Below are positions 60,145-64,000 of a DNA stretch of 64,000 nt, one piece after another; the stretch's first letter is position 1; every line of letters begins with the position of its first letter. Location of the stretch: assembly GCA_964016885.1 (NCBI GenBank), contig OZ024742.1, positions 157,728,001-157,792,000 of the forward strand. The letters are read 5' to 3'. The stretch comes from Eledone cirrhosa. Lineage: Eukaryota. The notes beneath the pieces were generated by a model. The model was not told the DNA's origin, did not search any database, and saw nothing but the letters and a program-made list of their open reading frames with translations. Position numbers and translations under genes: made by a program.

Positions 60145-61030
60145 AAAAAATGTTAAATAAATTTCAAAAGATTCACTGTACTTACTATACGTGCCTTTAC
60201 CGCGGTTTCAGATCCAAAAGAAAATAGATAATCCAAGTGGATATCCATTGAGTAAGAGATCCTCGTCAGAAGGCTTTTCTCTATCAAAATATAAACTGGG
60301 GCCATACAAAACTGCCCCAGCAAATGAATTATGAAACAATTTCGTCTAGTACCGTGTGCAAAGACTGAAAGCAAGGTGGACAGGTCAATTTCTTGCTACT
60401 AAAAATAGCAGCCGTTCAAATGACAATTGTTTCTTTCCCTTGATTGTATATGTTCTGGCTTGTTAATTTATTAACTTACCATTGAACCACACTGGCATAC
60501 GGTCGGACTATACTTGTATCCCTATATGTACTATTTACATGTAGGAACACATACTTTTATTATTATTCTCCCCAACGGTAGAGAAACCTTTGGGCATTTG
60601 AACGTCTCCTATTTTTAGTAGCAAAAGATTGACCTGTCCGCCTTGCTTTCAGTCTTTGTACACGGTACTAGACAAAATCGTTTCATCATTCATTTGTTGG
60701 GGCAGTTTTGTATGGCGCCAGTTTGTATTTTGAACTCGGGAATTTTATATTCTCCGAGAGAGAAAAGCTTTCTGACGAGGATCTCTTTCTCAATGGAAAT
60801 CCGCTTGGATTATCTATTTGTTTTTGGATGTGAAACCGCGGTAAAGGCATGTATAGTAGGTACAGTGAATGTTTTGAAATTTATTTTAAAATTGTTTCTT
60901 TATTTACGTTTCTTGATTTTATATGTTCTAGCTTGTTAATTTATTAACTTACCATTGAACCACACTGGCATACGGTCGGACTATACATGTATCCCTATGT
61001 GTATTATTTGCATTCAGGAACACACACGCA
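60145..61030 (+). repeat. Non-coding mini-element: inverted arm + partial tandem (~472-bp period)
   Basis: ~60150-60422 is the inverse of ~60595-60890; 60448-60555 is repeated at 60920-61030. Confidence 0.88.
60193..60274 (-). ncRNA. Intact type I hammerhead ribozyme (second copy 60767-60848 on plus)
   Basis: gcctt-CTGACGA-ggatc-[43 nt]-gatct-GAAA-ccgcgg-TA-aaggc. Canonical core, 5-bp stems I and II, palindromic stem III ACCGCGGT, GUA cleavage triplet. Confidence 0.9.
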
Positions 61031-61043
61031 CTTTAATATGTTA

Positions 61044-61080
<37 letters not shown>

Positions 61081-61524
61081 GATAAATCTACCAAGAGTTT
61101 ACGGTAGTGTCCAATCCGTATGTATTTGCATACATCTTTTTGGCATGCGTATGCATGTGAGCATATATCTTTGTATAAATATGTGTACGAAGTTAATTAC
61201 ATGTATACACACACACCAAACTGCATAAAATTTTTTGTATTTTCATTGGTCAATTTGAACTCCGTTCCCAAACGGACCTGAAATTTTGAATTGTTGTTAT
61301 TATCAATAAATATATTTCATTATTTCTGAAGACGGCATATATGTGTGTTTGGTATGTATATTTAATCTTGATAGTTTGTATAATTTTGTATAATTTTGTA
61401 CATAGATCTGTTGAATATGCATGCCAATTCTAACACATATATATCCTAGAAACGATCGTTAAATAATGAACTTTTTTTGTTTAATATAAGGAACTGTTTC
61501 ATTGTTTTATTCATTATTTTTTTA

Positions 61525-61614
<90 letters not shown>

Positions 61615-61732
61615 TAAACGGAATAGAAAATGCTGACAAATTGTTCACAGTTGAAAAATGGTTTAATTAGGAATAAAAGAGTATTAGTGATTGTATGGGT
61701 TAGTATTCAGTTGTGGTTTTAAGTTGTTAAGT

Positions 61733-61769
61733 TTTTACCGGTTGCGCATTTCTAAATGCTTTTCAAAAA
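61733..61769 (-). ncRNA. Minimal hammerhead, U3-A8 variant, one lesion
   Basis: ttt-TTGAAAA-gcatt-taga-aatgc-GCAA-ccgg-TA-aaa; GAAA is mutated to GCAA. Confidence 0.65.
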
Positions 61770-62255
61770 TAATTTTGAGGTAGAGTGTCCGTGCTGTATG
61801 CTCTGATCAGAGCAAACAGCACGCAAATAGAACTCATAATATCCCTTTACCACAGCATTCTGCCCTTCGGCCAGCAAAATATCGGCTGCACTCGGGGTTG
61901 GCTGACTGCCACACTACTACAAAAGCGAGGGAGGGGGGGATCATCCTTAGTATAATTTACAATAGTAATCAGCTTTATATACCTTATTTTATGCATGCGC
62001 AGACCTGTTGGCATGAATTGAAGCTCACAGGGGAACGAACATCGCTGTTTCTCCGTTCCCTGTGTCACTTCGATTTTGGATAGCCTCCTTGATTGTAACT
62101 GTATTATGTAACACAGTGTCTGGAGAGAGCATGGCACTAGCTTCTACGCTATATTGCGTAATCAATTGTCGTCCACGAAATATGTATAACGGTCTTATCA
62201 ATAAAGTACTTATCATCTAAACTTTGTATTTCTTCTTCTATATATATATATATAT

Positions 62256-62338
<83 letters not shown>

Positions 62339-62576
62339 ATATTTAGAAACACACAGATACATGCGGACACACACATATATACATGAATGCATCCGCACCC
62401 AACTGTGAGTTAAGGGTTCCAGCTTCACCGATGTTGCTCAATGAATGACCGGGGCAGACCAATTCAGTTGAACTAGACTGAACCAGTATCAGAGTTAAAA
62501 ATACATTATGAAGAGAGAAGAAACATTTAGATATAATTAGTAATAAAATGTATCATACCTAAACTGCTCCTAAATT

Positions 62577-62664
62577 CCTCGACTACGTAGTTTCGTGGCA
62601 TAAACAAAAACAATATATCATAAAGATATAGAGTCCCTGCGAGGTCTGCCGACTTATCAAGAGG
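62577..62664 (-). ncRNA. Type I hammerhead, U3-A8 variant, core otherwise intact
   Basis: cctc-TTGATAA-gt(c)ggca...tgccac-GAAA-ctacgtag-TC-gagg. 4-bp stem I, palindromic stem III ACTACGTAGT, GUC triplet. Confidence 0.8.
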
Positions 62665-62829
62665 ATACCTCATTTTACTAGTCTCAAGAACGCGTCTACA
62701 CGACGTGAGAAAGAATCCCAGAAGGCGGAGGGGGAGATAGTCACGCGATATAACGGTCGAGAAACAGAGCTAAGCCTCTTATAACCTCGAAGAAAATACC
62801 ACGGAGGCGGAGGGGGTATTTATATATAT

Positions 62830-64000
62830 AACAAATTCTCCGCAACAACATAACTGAGTATGAAAACACCAACGATATCCTGGTGCACTCGGACAAAACT
62901 GGAAACATTTACTTCGTCAACCCTGACAGATACCACACACTGATCAGGAGCAGCCTAAACTCCACCTATAAATAGGATAACGATTCAATTATCGAGGACA
63001 TAAATCGAGATGCACAACAAATGACCTCCAGCCTCGTAAACAACTAATCAACTTCTTCCGGGACTGGTGTTTTAAAATCACCCTACAAACGTCCCTAAGC
63101 CGAGTTAATTTCCTTGACGTTACCCTTAACCTCGAAAATGATCTGTACTACCCATACAGGAAACCAAACGACAACTTGCACTACATCCACCGCCGATCTA
63201 ACCATCCTAGAAACATCACCAATAACCTTGTTAAAAGACCTCTCCCTCCGCATATGTCGTTTGTCCGCTAATGAGCAGATATTCGAGGAACACCTCATTA
63301 AAACCAGGCCCTCAAGCGGACTGACTTTCGGGAGGAAATATCCTTTTATCCAGCTTCCCTTAGAGGAACCAGCAGGCGACACCGCCGCTCACGCAACGTA
63401 ACGTGGTTCAATCCTCCCCATAATGCCGAGGTGGCAACATCTATCGGGAAAATCTTCTTTAGACTCCTCGAAAAACATTTCCCACTACAACACCGCTACC
63501 ACAACATAATCAACAAAAACACCATCAAACTCACCTACAGCAACACACCTAACTTCGCAGAAAACATCTTCTCCTCAAACAACAAAAAACTTAACCCCTA
63601 TTGAAGAAATAACCTAGACATCAGCGGAGAGCCTACCAGGAGGTGTAACTGCCCAGATAGATCTACGTGCCCCCTCAACAACAAATTCCGATAACGTAAC
63701 GTGATCTACCAGTGCAACGTGAGGACGGACACCTCCAACAAAGCTTATATAGGATTAACCGCGTGTGACTTCAAGACCCGGCTCTACCAACACCGACATA
63801 GTTTTTGAAACCCGGTGCGGCAACATACCACTACACTTTCGGACCACATCTGGGATCGCCAAGGTAATAATATAACGTACAATCTCACTTGGAGCTTACT
63901 GTCCAGAGCTAACTCTTACACGGGAGGACGCCGTCCGTGTAACTTATGCTCGGAGGAAACATTACAAATGCTGTTTTCGAAGGGCCAAGAAAGACGAATT
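62830..64000 (+). mobile_element. Naiad-type PLE with internally deleted RT core, running to the window edge
   Basis: LVHSDKTGNIY; a jump near 63035 to RVNFLDVTLNL...PYRKPN...SNHP; WFNPP...IGKIFFRLLEKHFP; CNCPDRSTCPL; VIYQC...AYIGLTACDFKTRLYQH. Same family as 23406-23985. Confidence 0.92.

Overview
This is AT-rich, microsatellite-dense eukaryotic DNA made almost entirely of transposable elements and their relics. The tRNA-headed Nin/Deu-domain SINE resembles octopod cephalopod SINEs, so that taxon is an inference. I could not support any host protein-coding gene; most listed ORFs are translations of (TA)n, (CA)n or (GA)n tracts. Recognisable elements are four Penelope-like retroelements (PLEs; three Naiad-type, with RT and/or GIY-YIG relics and inverted pseudo-LTRs), two long RTE-clade LINEs plus 3' fragments, a CRE-type RLE retroelement, a full-length hATm-like transposon with TIRs and an 8-bp TSD, a non-autonomous Gypsy-type LTR element with a tRNA-Trp-type PBS and 4-bp TSD, a non-autonomous Helitron and several SINEs. 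The most notable signal is about a dozen non-coding fold-back or partial-tandem mini-elements in (TA)n tracts that carry type I hammerhead ribozyme motifs. One is fully canonical (60193-60274, minus strand). Several sequence-distinct families show the compensatory U3-A8 core (UUGANAA) instead of C3-G8. All of this was read by eye; no folding, alignment or database search was run.
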